From sequence record DRR378314_1931: 64,000 nucleotides of DNA, one strand, 5' to 3'. The notes beneath the pieces are model-generated. The model saw only the letters and a program-made list of their open reading frames with translations, did not search any database and was not told the origin of the DNA. This document shows, in pieces, positions 1-10,073 of this stretch. Both the position numbers and the translations under genes were made by a program. Every line of letters starts with the position of its first letter. Position 1 is the first letter of the stretch.

Positions 1-20
1 GGCTTTGGCCGGGCTTTTTT
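1..20 (+). terminator. Probable 3' half of an intrinsic terminator, truncated by the window edge
   Basis: GC-rich ccgggc followed by a T6 tract; the left arm is mostly outside the window. Confidence 0.35.
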
Positions 21-147
21 ATGCCTGCTAATAAGTTTTATTAAAAGAGCCTTATCAAAAGTAAGCGAAGGCTCGCTCAAGTATTGACATTTAAGTCCAA
101 AAAATGAACTATTGAGAAAGATACTTAACTTATAGTCAGCCAATCAA

Positions 148-939
148 TTGAAATTACTCAGATACTTTTCTGTGTTCGTTTTTATGGGACTAAGCTGTTC
201 TGCTACAGCACAAGTGCCCGTCTATGTTGCTGCCTACGATTATCCTCCCTATTTTTCCGCTGTACTGCAAACTGATCTCACCCGTGAACTGATCACCTTG
301 TTGAACGAGCATCAGGACAGCTATGTGTTCCGCATTCAGGTCATTCCTCCAACAAACCGCCATAAAGCTCTGAGTACGAAAGGGTGCTGTGATGTTATAT
401 TTTTCGAGTCACCCCTTTGGGGTTGGAAAAAAAGTGGCGTAGGGTTTCAGGAAACAATTCCTTTAGTCAAAGGAAATGAGAGACTGGTGGCCTTGAAGAA
501 AACAGGTAGAGATCAATCGTTTTTCGATACATTTGATGGCAAAACTTTAGGTGGGGTCAAGGGCTATCATTATCTGTTAGGGGGCGAGCTGTTGGCTTCA
601 GATGAAGTCGAGGAAAAGTATACGACGTATTTGGCAGACTCCAGAATGACAAATTTGCAGATGGTACTAGGAGGTCGGATAGATCTTACTATTATCAATG
701 ATGAACTTCTGGCTGCTTTAAAAGGCTCAAATCAGATTAATGTGGACAGTTTATTGTTGTCGGAAAAGGTTAGTCTGGAATACAAGCTGCACTTACTTGT
801 TGGCGATAATAAGAATATCAGCGCAGATACCTTACAAAGGTTGCTGCGGGAGCTTGGCCGACAGGGGGAATTTGAAATATTATTTAGACGATTTAATCTG
901 GAGCGGTTTCAGATATATCGGCCGACAATAACGCGCTAG
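148..939 (+). CDS. Periplasmic substrate-binding protein (family 3-like), orphan
   Basis: Signal peptide, YPPY motif near the N-terminus, LGGVKGYHY and NLQMVLGGRIDL motifs typical of SBP_bac_3-like proteins; TTG start. Confidence 0.75.
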   Translation: MKLLRYFSVFVFMGLSCSATAQVPVYVAAYDYPPYFSAVLQTDLTRELITLLNEHQDSYVFRIQVIPPTNRHKALSTKGCCDVIFFESPLWGWKKSGVGFQETIPLVKGNERLVALKKTGRDQSFFDTFDGKTLGGVKGYHYLLGGELLASDEVEEKYTTYLADSRMTNLQMVLGGRIDLTIINDELLAALKGSNQINVDSLLLSEKVSLEYKLHLLVGDNKNISADTLQRLLRELGRQGEFEILFRRFNLERFQIYRPTITR

Positions 940-1892
940 TAAACACTAAGCCCCAAACGGTTCGCTAGCTCGCGTACCATGTACATTCCACGGGCGCTGT
1001 TACCGTAGCTGTTTAATCTTGGGCTCCATGAGCAAATAACGCCAAAGTCAGGAACGACGGCAATCATCCCACCACCAACACCACTTTTAGCGGGAACACC
1101 TACGGTAAAAGCAAATTCGCCGCTTTGGTCGTACATACCGCTGGTTGATAGCAACGCATTAATGCGTTGAGAGTCTCGTTTCGACATAATTTTCTTTTTA
1201 GAAAAAGGACAAATTCCGTCATTTGCAAGAAACGTAAAAGAGCGAGCGAGATTTTCGCAGGACATGGTCAACGCACACTGCCAAAAGTAATGATCTAATA
1301 GTTCATCAACTTCAGCATCAATATTACCGAAGCTTTTCATTAGGTGAGCAAGGGCCGCATTGCGATGGCCATGCTCTTTTTCTGACTGGTGAACAATGTT
1401 ATCGGCGTAAACGTTGTCGTTGCCGCATAAGGTGCGCACCAAACTCAAAACCGCATTTTTACTGGCAGAGTAGCGGCTAACGAGCACGTCGCTAACAACA
1501 ATAGCTCCGGCATTTATCATAGGGTTGCGCGGAATGCCTTTTTCCCACTCTAGCTGCACTATAGAATTAAAGGCCTGGCCTGAAGGCTCCATTTTAACTC
1601 TGTCCCACAAATCTTCTCCAAGGCGCTCCATTGCCAGCATAAGGCCAAAAATCTTCGAGATCGACTGGATAGAGAATTGCTCCTGGGTATCACCGACGTT
1701 AAATACCTCGCCGTCGAGGGTGGCCAGAGTGAGTCCGCAGAGCTCGGGGTCGACCTCTGCTAACGCCGGAATGTAATCAGCAACATGCCCCTCGGTGATC
1801 TTCATGGCCTGCTGATGAATCTCCTCCAGCAGGCTTTTGAGATCATCTGGGGCATGTATTTGCTGCCCGCCACTGACCAGATCACGCGTCAA
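936..1892 (-). CDS. glsA: Glutaminase
   Basis: GHVADYIPAL, FSIQSISK (catalytic SxxK), NPMINAGA, PAKSGVGGG motifs. Confidence 0.95.
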   Translation of the reverse strand: MTRDLVSGGQQIHAPDDLKSLLEEIHQQAMKITEGHVADYIPALAEVDPELCGLTLATLDGEVFNVGDTQEQFSIQSISKIFGLMLAMERLGEDLWDRVKMEPSGQAFNSIVQLEWEKGIPRNPMINAGAIVVSDVLVSRYSASKNAVLSLVRTLCGNDNVYADNIVHQSEKEHGHRNAALAHLMKSFGNIDAEVDELLDHYFWQCALTMSCENLARSFTFLANDGICPFSKKKIMSKRDSQRINALLSTSGMYDQSGEFAFTVGVPAKSGVGGGMIAVVPDFGVICSWSPRLNSYGNSARGMYMVRELANRLGLSVY

Positions 1893-2289
1893 GAGAATGC
1901 TCCGGATGCGTGATCGTGGACAGGCGGTCTTTTAATTGGTCAGATAGCTTCACAGAACGTTCCTGTTGAAAATCAAAGTACACCAATACCGTTTTACCTT
2001 TAGCGCACATTTTTTCTTTCTGCCAAATTTCGGTAGTGATATCAAACGAGCTGCCACCTAAGCGGCTGACGTAAGTATTCACCGTGACATGACCGCCAAA
2101 ATAAATAGGTAAGAGGTAATCTACTTCCAGCCGCGCGACAATTAAGCTTTGTGTCTTCGGAGACATTTCTCCAAAGAACTCAAAAATAGGCAAACGTCCG
2201 GTTTCTATCCACCCCGGTATAACCGTGTTATTGACGTGCCCAAGGGCATCGGTTTCATAAAATCTTACTTTAAAGTCTTCCGTTAACAT
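1882..2289 (-). CDS. Acyl-CoA thioesterase (4HBT/YbgC hotdog fold)
   Basis: VRFYETDALGHVNN motif, 135 aa. Confidence 0.9.
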   Translation of the reverse strand: MLTEDFKVRFYETDALGHVNNTVIPGWIETGRLPIFEFFGEMSPKTQSLIVARLEVDYLLPIYFGGHVTVNTYVSRLGGSSFDITTEIWQKEKMCAKGKTVLVYFDFQQERSVKLSDQLKDRLSTITHPEHSLDA

Positions 2290-2301
2290 ATTGCGTCCTT
2301 T

Positions 2302-5127
2302 TTATGACAGCTTAAGCATAGGTTTTAAGAAACGGGCCGTGTGTGAGCGCTCATTTTCACAGATATCTTCTGGTGTACCTTCGCAAAGAATTTCACCACC
2401 GCCGGAACCACCTTCAGGACCTAAGTCGATGATCCAGTCAGCGGTTTTTATCACGTCTAAGTTGTGCTCAATAACCACTACCGTGTTGCCGTGGTCACGC
2501 AGACGATGAATCACCGCCAGCAATTGCTTAATGTCGTGGAAATGCAGACCGGTTGTCGGCTCGTCCAGAATGTATAAGGTTTTGCCAGTATCACGCTTGG
2601 ACAACTCACGTGACAATTTGACCCGTTGCGCTTCACCACCAGAGAGTGTTGTCGCTGACTGGCCTAACCGGACGTAAGACAAGCCCACATCCATTAAGGT
2701 TTGCAACTTGCGTGCAATAGCCGGAACCGGGTCGAAGAATTCACGAGCGTCTTCAATGGTCATATCCAGCACTTCGTGAATATTCTTGCCTTTGTACTGT
2801 ACTTCCAGCGTTTCGCGATTATAGCGCTGACCTTTACAAATATCGCAAGGAACATAAACGTCCGGCAAGAAGTGCATCTCAACTTTAATAACTCCGTCGC
2901 CCTGACAAGCTTCACAACGACCGCCGCGTACGTTAAAGCTAAAGCGACCGGGTTTGTAACCGCGGGCTCGTGATTCAGGAACACCTGCGAACAGTTCGCG
3001 AATTGGCGTGAAAATACCGGTGTAAGTGGCTGGGTTGGAGCGCGGTGTACGGCCTATTGGGCTCTGGTCAATATCCACCACTTTATCCAGCAGCTGCATG
3101 CCATCGACACTTTTGTACGGAGCCGGTTCGCCCGTTGTCGCGCCATTAAGTTCACGATGCGCGATATGGAACAGCGTATTGTTGACCAGCGTTGACTTAC
3201 CTGAACCGGATACTCCAGTCACACAGGTCATAATACCTAATGGCAAATTGAAATCGACATTCTTCAGATTGTTCCCGCTGGCTCCGTGAATGGTTAACCG
3301 GCGTTTATCTGGTTTGTGACGTTGCTTGGGAACTTCTATTTCTTTCCGGCCGGACAGGTAGTCGCCGGTTAGTGAATCTTCACTTCCGACAATATCTTCA
3401 ACCTGACCCTGAGCAATGATTTCACCACCGTGTACGCCAGCACCAGGGCCAATATCAATAACGTGGTCGGCCTGACGAATTGCGTCTTCATCGTGTTCAA
3501 CCACAATGACGGTATTACCCAAGTCACGCAGGTGAGTCAGAGTGTTTAACAGACGTTCGTTGTCGCGCTGGTGTAAGCCAATACTGGGCTCATCCAGTAC
3601 GTACATAACACCAACCAGACCCGCACCAATTTGGCTGGCCAGACGAATACGCTGCGCCTCGCCGCCAGACAAGGTCTCTGCGCTGCGGGACAAACTTAAA
3701 TAGTTAAGTCCCACGTTAACTAAAAAGCGTAGACGGTCATTAATCTCTTTCAGAATTTTTTCCGCAATTTGCGCGCGCTGACCTTCCAGACTCAGTTGCT
3801 GGAAGAACTCAAGTGCGTCGCCAATGGATTGCTCAACAACTTCCGGCAGCGTTGTGCCCTGAATAAAAACATGACGTGCTTCAGTACGCAAGCGTGTACC
3901 ACTGCAGCTTTTACAGGGTTGCGTCGCTACGTATTTGGACAATTCGTCGCGCACAGCTTGTGATTCAGTCTCGCGGTAACGGCGCTGCATGTTAGGAATA
4001 ATCCCCTCAAACGGATGCGCTCTGACAACCTTGTCGCCGCGGTCATTCATGTAAGTGAATTTTATTTCTTCCTTACCGCTGCCGAACAGAATCTTTTCGC
4101 GAATGTCGTCAGGCAATTCGTTGAACGGTTGCGACAATTTAAACTCGTAGTGCTTCGCCAGAGACTGCAGCATTTGATAGTAGTAGAAGTTGCGTTTGTC
4201 CCAGCCTCGAATTACGCCGCCTGTCAGCGACAGCTCAGCATTAACAACAACTTTGGCCGGATCAAAAAACTGCTCAACACCCAGACCGTCACAAGTAGTA
4301 CAGGCACCGGCCGGATTGTTGAATGAGAACAATCGTGGCTCCAGTTCCTGCATGCTGTAACCGCAATGCGGGCAGGCAAAGTTAGCCGAGTACACTTCGG
4401 CATCACCGTCGCCGTCCATAGGTACGACTAAAGCCGTTCCGCCACTAAGTTCCAGTGCGGTCTCAAAAGATTCAGCCAGACGCTGCTCCATGCCGTCGCG
4501 AACTTTAAAGCGGTCAACGACCACTTCAATGGTGTGCTTTTTCTGCAGCTCTAACGTGGGCGGATCGCTTAAATCGCAAATTTCACCGTCTATACGGGCG
4601 CGGATATAACCTTGTAAGGCGAGGTTTTCTAGCACTTTTAAGTGTTCGCCTTTACGGTTCTGAATAATTGGCGCAAGCAACATACGCTTTTCGCCTTCAG
4701 GAGCCGCCAGCACGTTATCGACCATTTGCGATACGGTCTGCGCCGCCAGCGGTACGTCGTGAGTCGGGCAACGAGGCTCGCCCACCCGGGCAAACATCAG
4801 GCGTAAATAGTCGTATATTTCCGTGATGGTACCGACCGTCGAACGTGGATTATGCGATGTTGACTTCTGCTCTATTGATATAGCCGGCGACAAACCCTCG
4901 ATACTGTCAACATCAGGCTTTTCCATCAGCGACAAAAACTGACGTGCATAGGCGGACAGCGACTCAACATAGCGTCTCTGCCCCTCTGCATATAGGGTAT
5001 CGAAAGCAAGTGATGACTTACCCGAACCGGATAAGCCTGTTATCACAATCAGCTTATTGCGGGGGATGGTCAGATTGAAATTTTTTAAGTTGTGCGTGCG
5101 CGCACCGCGTACTTCGATAGTATCCAT
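2302..5127 (-). CDS. uvrA: Excinuclease ABC subunit A
   Basis: Two Walker A motifs ([16 protein letters not shown]), two LSGGEAQR signatures, Zn-finger CxxC pairs, 941 aa. Confidence 0.99.
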   Translation of the reverse strand: MDTIEVRGARTHNLKNFNLTIPRNKLIVITGLSGSGKSSLAFDTLYAEGQRRYVESLSAYARQFLSLMEKPDVDSIEGLSPAISIEQKSTSHNPRSTVGTITEIYDYLRLMFARVGEPRCPTHDVPLAAQTVSQMVDNVLAAPEGEKRMLLAPIIQNRKGEHLKVLENLALQGYIRARIDGEICDLSDPPTLELQKKHTIEVVVDRFKVRDGMEQRLAESFETALELSGGTALVVPMDGDGDAEVYSANFACPHCGYSMQELEPRLFSFNNPAGACTTCDGLGVEQFFDPAKVVVNAELSLTGGVIRGWDKRNFYYYQMLQSLAKHYEFKLSQPFNELPDDIREKILFGSGKEEIKFTYMNDRGDKVVRAHPFEGIIPNMQRRYRETESQAVRDELSKYVATQPCKSCSGTRLRTEARHVFIQGTTLPEVVEQSIGDALEFFQQLSLEGQRAQIAEKILKEINDRLRFLVNVGLNYLSLSRSAETLSGGEAQRIRLASQIGAGLVGVMYVLDEPSIGLHQRDNERLLNTLTHLRDLGNTVIVVEHDEDAIRQADHVIDIGPGAGVHGGEIIAQGQVEDIVGSEDSLTGDYLSGRKEIEVPKQRHKPDKRRLTIHGASGNNLKNVDFNLPLGIMTCVTGVSGSGKSTLVNNTLFHIAHRELNGATTGEPAPYKSVDGMQLLDKVVDIDQSPIGRTPRSNPATYTGIFTPIRELFAGVPESRARGYKPGRFSFNVRGGRCEACQGDGVIKVEMHFLPDVYVPCDICKGQRYNRETLEVQYKGKNIHEVLDMTIEDAREFFDPVPAIARKLQTLMDVGLSYVRLGQSATTLSGGEAQRVKLSRELSKRDTGKTLYILDEPTTGLHFHDIKQLLAVIHRLRDHGNTVVVIEHNLDVIKTADWIIDLGPEGGSGGGEILCEGTPEDICENERSHTARFLKPMLKLS

Positions 5128-5243
5128 AATTCCCGTCTGTTGTTCAGTAAATGACTGACGACAAAACGCTATTATCGCACAGTGTTAGGCATCTGGTACA
5201 ATAACGGCATCATTTATCATGTTACTGATATAAAAGCAGTGAA

Positions 5244-6620
5244 ATGACGCCACAAAAATTAAATAAAACAGAGAAAAAAGCCGCTTTAGCGCTAGCGTCC
5301 GTCTTCGGTATACGAATGTTAGGGCTGTTTTTGATCATGCCAGTTTTAGCGGTTTATGCACAAGACTACCCTGACTACTCACCGTTGTGGGTCGGGATTG
5401 CTCTGGGTGCCTACGGTCTGACACAGGCATTATTGCAAATTCCGTTAGGTATGCTGTCTGACCGTCTTGGCCGAAAGCCAGTTATTGTCGGTGGCTTGCT
5501 GGTCTTTATTCTCGGTAGTGTGGTGGCAGCTCAGGCCGATACTCTATTCGGTGTCTCCATTGGTCGGGCGCTACAGGGGCTGGGCGCTATTGCGGCGGCT
5601 ATTTTGGCGCTGGCAGCTGATTTGTCGCGAGACGAGCAGCGACCGAAAGTGATGGCCACTATTGGTATGTGTATTGGCCTGGCGTTCGCTATTTCATTGG
5701 TAGCCGGACCTTTATTGGGCAATATTATCGGTCTTTCGGGTTTGTTCTGGTTTACCGCCGCCAGCGGCGTTCTGGGTATTCTGGTGTTGTTGCTAAGCGT
5801 CCCCAAAGTGGTGACAACCTCTGCAAGGCGTGAATCTTTACCTGTGTTGTCAGAACTGGGGCACTTGCTTAAGCATAAGCAACTGTGGTGCCTGAATAGC
5901 GGTATTTTTGTGCTACATGCCATTTTAACGGCATGGTTTGTGACTTTACCCATGCAACTGCAAAATGCAGGTTTTGAAAGTCAGACCCACGCCTGGTTCT
6001 ACTTACCCACGCTGGCCGCGTCCATTTTGTTCATGGTGCCAATGATTATCAGCAGTTCGCGTAATAATAATTCCGTGCAGTGGCTGCGGTTTTCTATTGT
6101 CGTCTTAATTGTTGCACTACTCATTATTGCCGTAGCGGGGCAAAACCCCTGGCTGCTGGTTGCTGCTCTGGTCATATTTTTCACGGGCTTTAACTTTATT
6201 GAAGCCAGTTTGCCTTCGTTACTTACCCGAGTTGCTCCGGCGGGGAGCAAAGGCAGTGCCAGTGGTATTTACTCAACTGGTCAGTTTCTGGGGTCTTTTG
6301 TCGGTGGGGTAGCTGGCGGCTCAGTCTTACAGTTTTTTGGGATATCTGGCGTTGTTGTTTTCTGCCTGATCTTGCTAGTATGTTGGTTGCTAATCAGTTT
6401 AGTCATGGTTAACCCCGCAGGTGTCACAAGCGTGTCGTTATCATTGCCCGGGTTAACTGAAAGCAAGGCTACCAAGCTAAGTGAGCAGTTACTTACCGTA
6501 ACGGGTGTTACGGAAGCAAGATGGGTTGAAGAAGATCAGGCCACTTACTTAAAAGTTGATAAAAAACATTACGATGAAAAGGCGGTTAATCAGTTGCTTA
6601 AAGAAGCATCGGTCGCTTAA
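5244..6620 (+). CDS. yajR: MFS transporter, YajR-like, with C-terminal YAM domain
   Basis: RMLGLF, GAYGLTQA, MFS motif A (GMLSDRLGRK), soluble C-terminal extension ending YLKVD; uvrA-yajR-ssb synteny. Confidence 0.85.
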   Translation: MTPQKLNKTEKKAALALASVFGIRMLGLFLIMPVLAVYAQDYPDYSPLWVGIALGAYGLTQALLQIPLGMLSDRLGRKPVIVGGLLVFILGSVVAAQADTLFGVSIGRALQGLGAIAAAILALAADLSRDEQRPKVMATIGMCIGLAFAISLVAGPLLGNIIGLSGLFWFTAASGVLGILVLLLSVPKVVTTSARRESLPVLSELGHLLKHKQLWCLNSGIFVLHAILTAWFVTLPMQLQNAGFESQTHAWFYLPTLAASILFMVPMIISSSRNNNSVQWLRFSIVVLIVALLIIAVAGQNPWLLVAALVIFFTGFNFIEASLPSLLTRVAPAGSKGSASGIYSTGQFLGSFVGGVAGGSVLQFFGISGVVVFCLILLVCWLLISLVMVNPAGVTSVSLSLPGLTESKATKLSEQLLTVTGVTEARWVEEDQATYLKVDKKHYDEKAVNQLLKEASVA

Positions 6621-6664
6621 TAATTTGAAGCAGTTGTAACGCGTACAAGGAACAGGAGAATCTA

Positions 6665-7225
6665 ATGGCCAGTCGCGGTGTAAATAAAGTAATTTTAATT
6701 GGTAATTTGGGCGCTGACCCAGAGGTTCGTTATACCCAAAACAGCACAGCGATAGCCAACCTGTCGATTGCTACCAGCGAAACCTGGAAAGACAAGCAAA
6801 CAGGCGAACCGCGCGAACAAACCGAATGGCACCGTTGTGTGGCTTATCGTCGTTTAGCTGAAATTGCCGGTGAGTACCTGAAAAAGGGCTCTAAAGTTTA
6901 TGTTGAAGGGCGTTTGCAAACGCGTAAATGGACAGGCCAGGACAACGTAGAGCGTTACACGACAGAAGTGGTCATTAACGAAATGCAAATGCTGGATTCT
7001 CGTGGCGGCCCGCAGGGTGGTGCTCCACAACAGGGCCAGGGTTTTGGGGGCGGTCAGCAGCAAGGCGGTGGTTACGGTGGTGGTCAACCACAACAGCAAT
7101 CACAGCAACAACAGCGTCCTGCGCCTCAGCCAGCGCAGCAGCAAAATCAACAGTCACAACAAAAACCGGCAGAACCCGCGCCGTTTTCACCTGACAACGA
7201 TTTTGATGACGACATTCCGTTCTAG
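6665..7225 (+). CDS. ssb: Single-stranded DNA-binding protein
   Basis: [18 protein letters not shown] fold, G/Q/P-rich linker, DDDIPF tail. Confidence 0.99.
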   Translation: MASRGVNKVILIGNLGADPEVRYTQNSTAIANLSIATSETWKDKQTGEPREQTEWHRCVAYRRLAEIAGEYLKKGSKVYVEGRLQTRKWTGQDNVERYTTEVVINEMQMLDSRGGPQGGAPQQGQGFGGGQQQGGGYGGGQPQQQSQQQQRPAPQPAQQQNQQSQQKPAEPAPFSPDNDFDDDIPF

Positions 7226-7270
7226 TTTGCCAAGTGTAGGATTTACCCGCTCGGGTATCTGTATCATGTG

Positions 7271-7300
7271 AAAAAAGCCCCTTTTGCAGGGGCTTTTTTT
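7271..7300 (+). terminator. Intrinsic terminator after ssb (potentially bidirectional)
   Basis: aaaaaaGCCCCT-tttgc-AGGGGCttttttt. Confidence 0.9.
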
Positions 7301-7338
7301 GTATCTAATTTTTAGTTCAAACCTATCGCTATTTTCAT

Positions 7339-7386
7339 TTTAGTTAGCACGCTAAGTTTGTTATTATACTTAGCGTGCTAACTAAA
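7339..7386. promoter_or_regulatory. Double SlyA/MarR-type operator (perfect 19-bp inverted repeat) flanking a candidate extended -10
   Basis: tttagTTAGCACGCTAAgt-N10-acTTAGCGTGCTAActaaa; each arm resembles the SlyA consensus TTAGCAAGCTAA; the spacer holds TGtTATTAT and an overlapping TATACT. Confidence 0.8.
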
Positions 7387-7395
7387 GAGGTTGTT

Positions 7396-7884
7396 ATGAC
7401 ATTAACACAAGAACAGCTCAGACAGTTATCTGTACCTGAACGACTCGGTCGCGTTGCGCGTCAGTGGCAGGCTATTGCGGATAAGGAACTGGCGCCGCTG
7501 GGGTTAACCTACCCGCGCTGGAGTGCTATGTGGAAACTGGCACGTATTGGTGATGGTGTCAGTCAAAAGCAGCTTGCCGAAGCGCTTGAATTAGAACTTG
7601 GTTCACTTATGCGCACGCTGGCGCAGTTGGAGGAGCAAGAGCTGATTACGCGCAAGGCAAGCCCGGACGACGGCCGTGCTAAGCAGGTGTTTTTAACGAA
7701 TTCAGGTCATGCTCTGGTTAAAAAAATGGAAGCGAAAATTCTAAAAGTAAGAAGGGCGTTGCTGGCCAATATCGAAGATGAAGAAATTGAAACGGTTAAG
7801 AAGGTTCTGGCGATGATTTCATACAATGCGAATCACATGTCTGAAGCTCAGAAACTTGACCAAAATAATGAGGAAGAGGTATGA
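7396..7884 (+). CDS. slyA: MarR-family regulator, SlyA-like
   Basis: LGRVARQW...LAPLGLTYPRW, SQKQLA, DGRAK wing motif; start moved to ATG 7396 after the AAAGAGG RBS. Confidence 0.8.
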   Translation: MTLTQEQLRQLSVPERLGRVARQWQAIADKELAPLGLTYPRWSAMWKLARIGDGVSQKQLAEALELELGSLMRTLAQLEEQELITRKASPDDGRAKQVFLTNSGHALVKKMEAKILKVRRALLANIEDEEIETVKKVLAMISYNANHMSEAQKLDQNNEEEV

Positions 7885-8942
7885 CCGCAGACGAGAAATT
7901 TGCCCGTTGGGTTAAGCGGGCATTGGTGCTATTTGTGCTCGTATTCGCCTATTTTCTGTGGGCCGACTTGAGCCTGCCACTGACCCCACAGGCAATGGTA
8001 ACCCGGGTGGTGACTCAGGTCGCACCGCAGGTGAATGGTACTGTAGAGAAAGTCCTGGTTAATAATAACCAGTATGTTGAAGAGGGCGATCCATTATTTA
8101 AAATCGACCCGCGACCTTATCAACTGCAATTACAGCAAGCAGAGCTGGCAATGGCTCAGGCGCAACAGTCAAACCAGCAATTTGATGCCCAAATTCGAAC
8201 TGCCCAGGCAAAGATAAAATCAGCACAGGCAACAGCTCAAGAGCTTAGCCGTGAGGCCCGGCGCATTAAAGATCTGGTGGAGGACGGTAGTTCGTCGCAA
8301 CAGGCATACGACCGTGCGCAGAGCAGTAAGCTAGAGGCCCTGGCAAATGTTGAAGCCGCCCAGTCACAACTGCAGAGCCTAAAAGTGCAACGAGGTGCTG
8401 AGGACGATACAAACAATTTGCTTATTCAACAAGCCGAAAACGCGATAGAAACGGCGAGGCTTAACTTGAGTTACACCACCGTGCGTGCCAAACATGCCGG
8501 ACGAGTCGGCAATCTAAAGCTCAGCGAAGGAGCTTATGCCCGTCAAGGCACGCCGCTAATGGCTCTAGTCTCACCCAACGCCGACATTATTGCGGATTTT
8601 CGGGAGAAGAATTTACGGAACATAGAATCTGGCCAACAGGCTCTCGTGGTATTTGATGCCGAACCTGGCACGCTTTACGAGGCTAAAGTGGAAAGCATTG
8701 ATGCCGGTGTTAACGCGGGTCAGTTAAGTGCCGACGGAGCCTTAGCAGCACCGGTTAACTCAAACCGGTGGGTACGTGACGCGCAGCGACTTCGGGTGCA
8801 TTTGCGTTTAACGGAGAAACCGGATTCAGAGCGTCCGGCCGGAGCAAAGGCTACAGTGCAGATAGTTCCTGAAGGAAGCTTTAAAGCCGCTATCGCGAAA
8901 GCGCAAATTCGGTTGCTGGGCTGGTTGCACTACATTTATTGA
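7881..8942 (+). CDS. HlyD/EmrA-family membrane fusion protein
   Basis: N-terminal TM segment, VAPQVNG...V.EGDPLF.ID biotinyl-lipoyl-like motif, coiled-coil hairpin, ADFREK. Confidence 0.9.
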   Translation: MTADEKFARWVKRALVLFVLVFAYFLWADLSLPLTPQAMVTRVVTQVAPQVNGTVEKVLVNNNQYVEEGDPLFKIDPRPYQLQLQQAELAMAQAQQSNQQFDAQIRTAQAKIKSAQATAQELSREARRIKDLVEDGSSSQQAYDRAQSSKLEALANVEAAQSQLQSLKVQRGAEDDTNNLLIQQAENAIETARLNLSYTTVRAKHAGRVGNLKLSEGAYARQGTPLMALVSPNADIIADFREKNLRNIESGQQALVVFDAEPGTLYEAKVESIDAGVNAGQLSADGALAAPVNSNRWVRDAQRLRVHLRLTEKPDSERPAGAKATVQIVPEGSFKAAIAKAQIRLLGWLHYIY

Positions 8943-8955
8943 TCAGGAAGGGACT

Positions 8956-9984
8956 ATGGCAACTTCTGCCTTGAGTGAAAACGGCCTACGGCAATGCTTA
9001 CGAATAGCCTTTGGTGGCTCTATCGGCTTTTTGGTCACGGCGCTATTTGACTTGTCTTATGGCGTGTTTTTTACCGTCTTACCAATGCTGCTACTGGGCT
9101 TAGTGCCAATGATAAACCGACAAGTCGCCCGGCAAATACTTGCGGCGTCGGTTATGTGCGGATTGGAAGTAGGTATTCTGGCGCAGATACTGGGCGGGCA
9201 TTCAGTATTAATGACAATGGCCGCCTTTGTCTTATTTCTGTATCGGTTTGCTTTTATGGCGCGCGGCACGGCGTTCCTGTTCGGCGCAAATGGTGTGCTG
9301 ATGCTGAGCATTATGCTGCATTACGCCAGTTATCCGGGCACCGACGTTAATAACTTAATAGCCAGTAACTTCTTTGCATCGATACTGGCAATAGCCATTG
9401 CCTTTGTTATGCATGCGATGATACCCAATAAAGAACAGAATGCGTCACCACCGGCCTTGCCAGATAAGTCACCTAACCGTGTGCGCCACGAAGCTATTTT
9501 GGGCGCTACGGTGACAACCCTGTCGTTTTTGGTGTTTCAGCTGTTTGATTTACAGGATTCTATTTCCGCGCAGGCCACAACCATTTTGGTGCTATTTCCC
9601 ATGAATTGGAACGGGGCATTAACTTACGCGCGTAAGCGAGCGGCAGGAACTCTAATTGGTGTTATGTTTGGTCTTGGTGTGCAGCTTCTGCTGTACGGTT
9701 GGTATGACATACTGTGGTTGATTGTGCCGTTGTTCTGGCTTGGGGTGATGTTGTTTGCCCGCATTCATGTCCTTGAAGCTTCGGGAGCCGGGGTGGGTTT
9801 TGGGGCAATGACGACGATGGGCATTCTTTTCGGTCAATATTTGTCGCCGGCACAAGACTTGGTGTATTCCGGACTGTATCGTCTGAGCAGTACTTTTGTA
9901 GCAATTATTGCGGCTATGATGGTGTGCTATTTGGTGCACAAACTCTTGAATCAGTTTGCGGGAACGCGATTTGGCGCTGCCTAA
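8956..9984 (+). CDS. DUF2955/FUSC-like inner membrane protein (putative efflux permease)
   Basis: About 10 hydrophobic segments, LRQCLRIAFG N-terminus, KRAAGTLIG FUSC-like motif; operonic with HlyD and SlyA. Confidence 0.7.
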   Translation: MATSALSENGLRQCLRIAFGGSIGFLVTALFDLSYGVFFTVLPMLLLGLVPMINRQVARQILAASVMCGLEVGILAQILGGHSVLMTMAAFVLFLYRFAFMARGTAFLFGANGVLMLSIMLHYASYPGTDVNNLIASNFFASILAIAIAFVMHAMIPNKEQNASPPALPDKSPNRVRHEAILGATVTTLSFLVFQLFDLQDSISAQATTILVLFPMNWNGALTYARKRAAGTLIGVMFGLGVQLLLYGWYDILWLIVPLFWLGVMLFARIHVLEASGAGVGFGAMTTMGILFGQYLSPAQDLVYSGLYRLSSTFVAIIAAMMVCYLVHKLLNQFAGTRFGAA

Positions 9985-10009
9985 AATTGATATCCACAGT
10001 GGCTGGAAG

Positions 10010-10039
10010 AGCATGCAGCCAATTAATCAGCTGCATGCT
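10010..10039. terminator. Hairpin between convergent genes
   Basis: AGCATGCAGC-N10-GCTGCATGCT perfect 10-bp stem; U-tracts weak. Confidence 0.55.
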
Positions 10040-10073
10040 TGTCTAAAATATCTAAACTCGAACGGTTCTTTAT

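Noticed and set aside
84..113. Perfect TTGACA upstream of the binding-protein gene
   Set aside because: No convincing -10 hexamer at 16-18 bp spacing
5223..5240. LexA-box-like tactgatataaaagcagt between uvrA and yajR
   Set aside because: Spacing is CTG-N9-CAG rather than the required CTG-N10-CAG; I saw no canonical SOS box in this spacer
7000..7190. CAG/CAA/GGT-rich low-complexity repeats
   Set aside because: This is the ordinary Gly/Gln/Pro linker of SSB, not a repeat array
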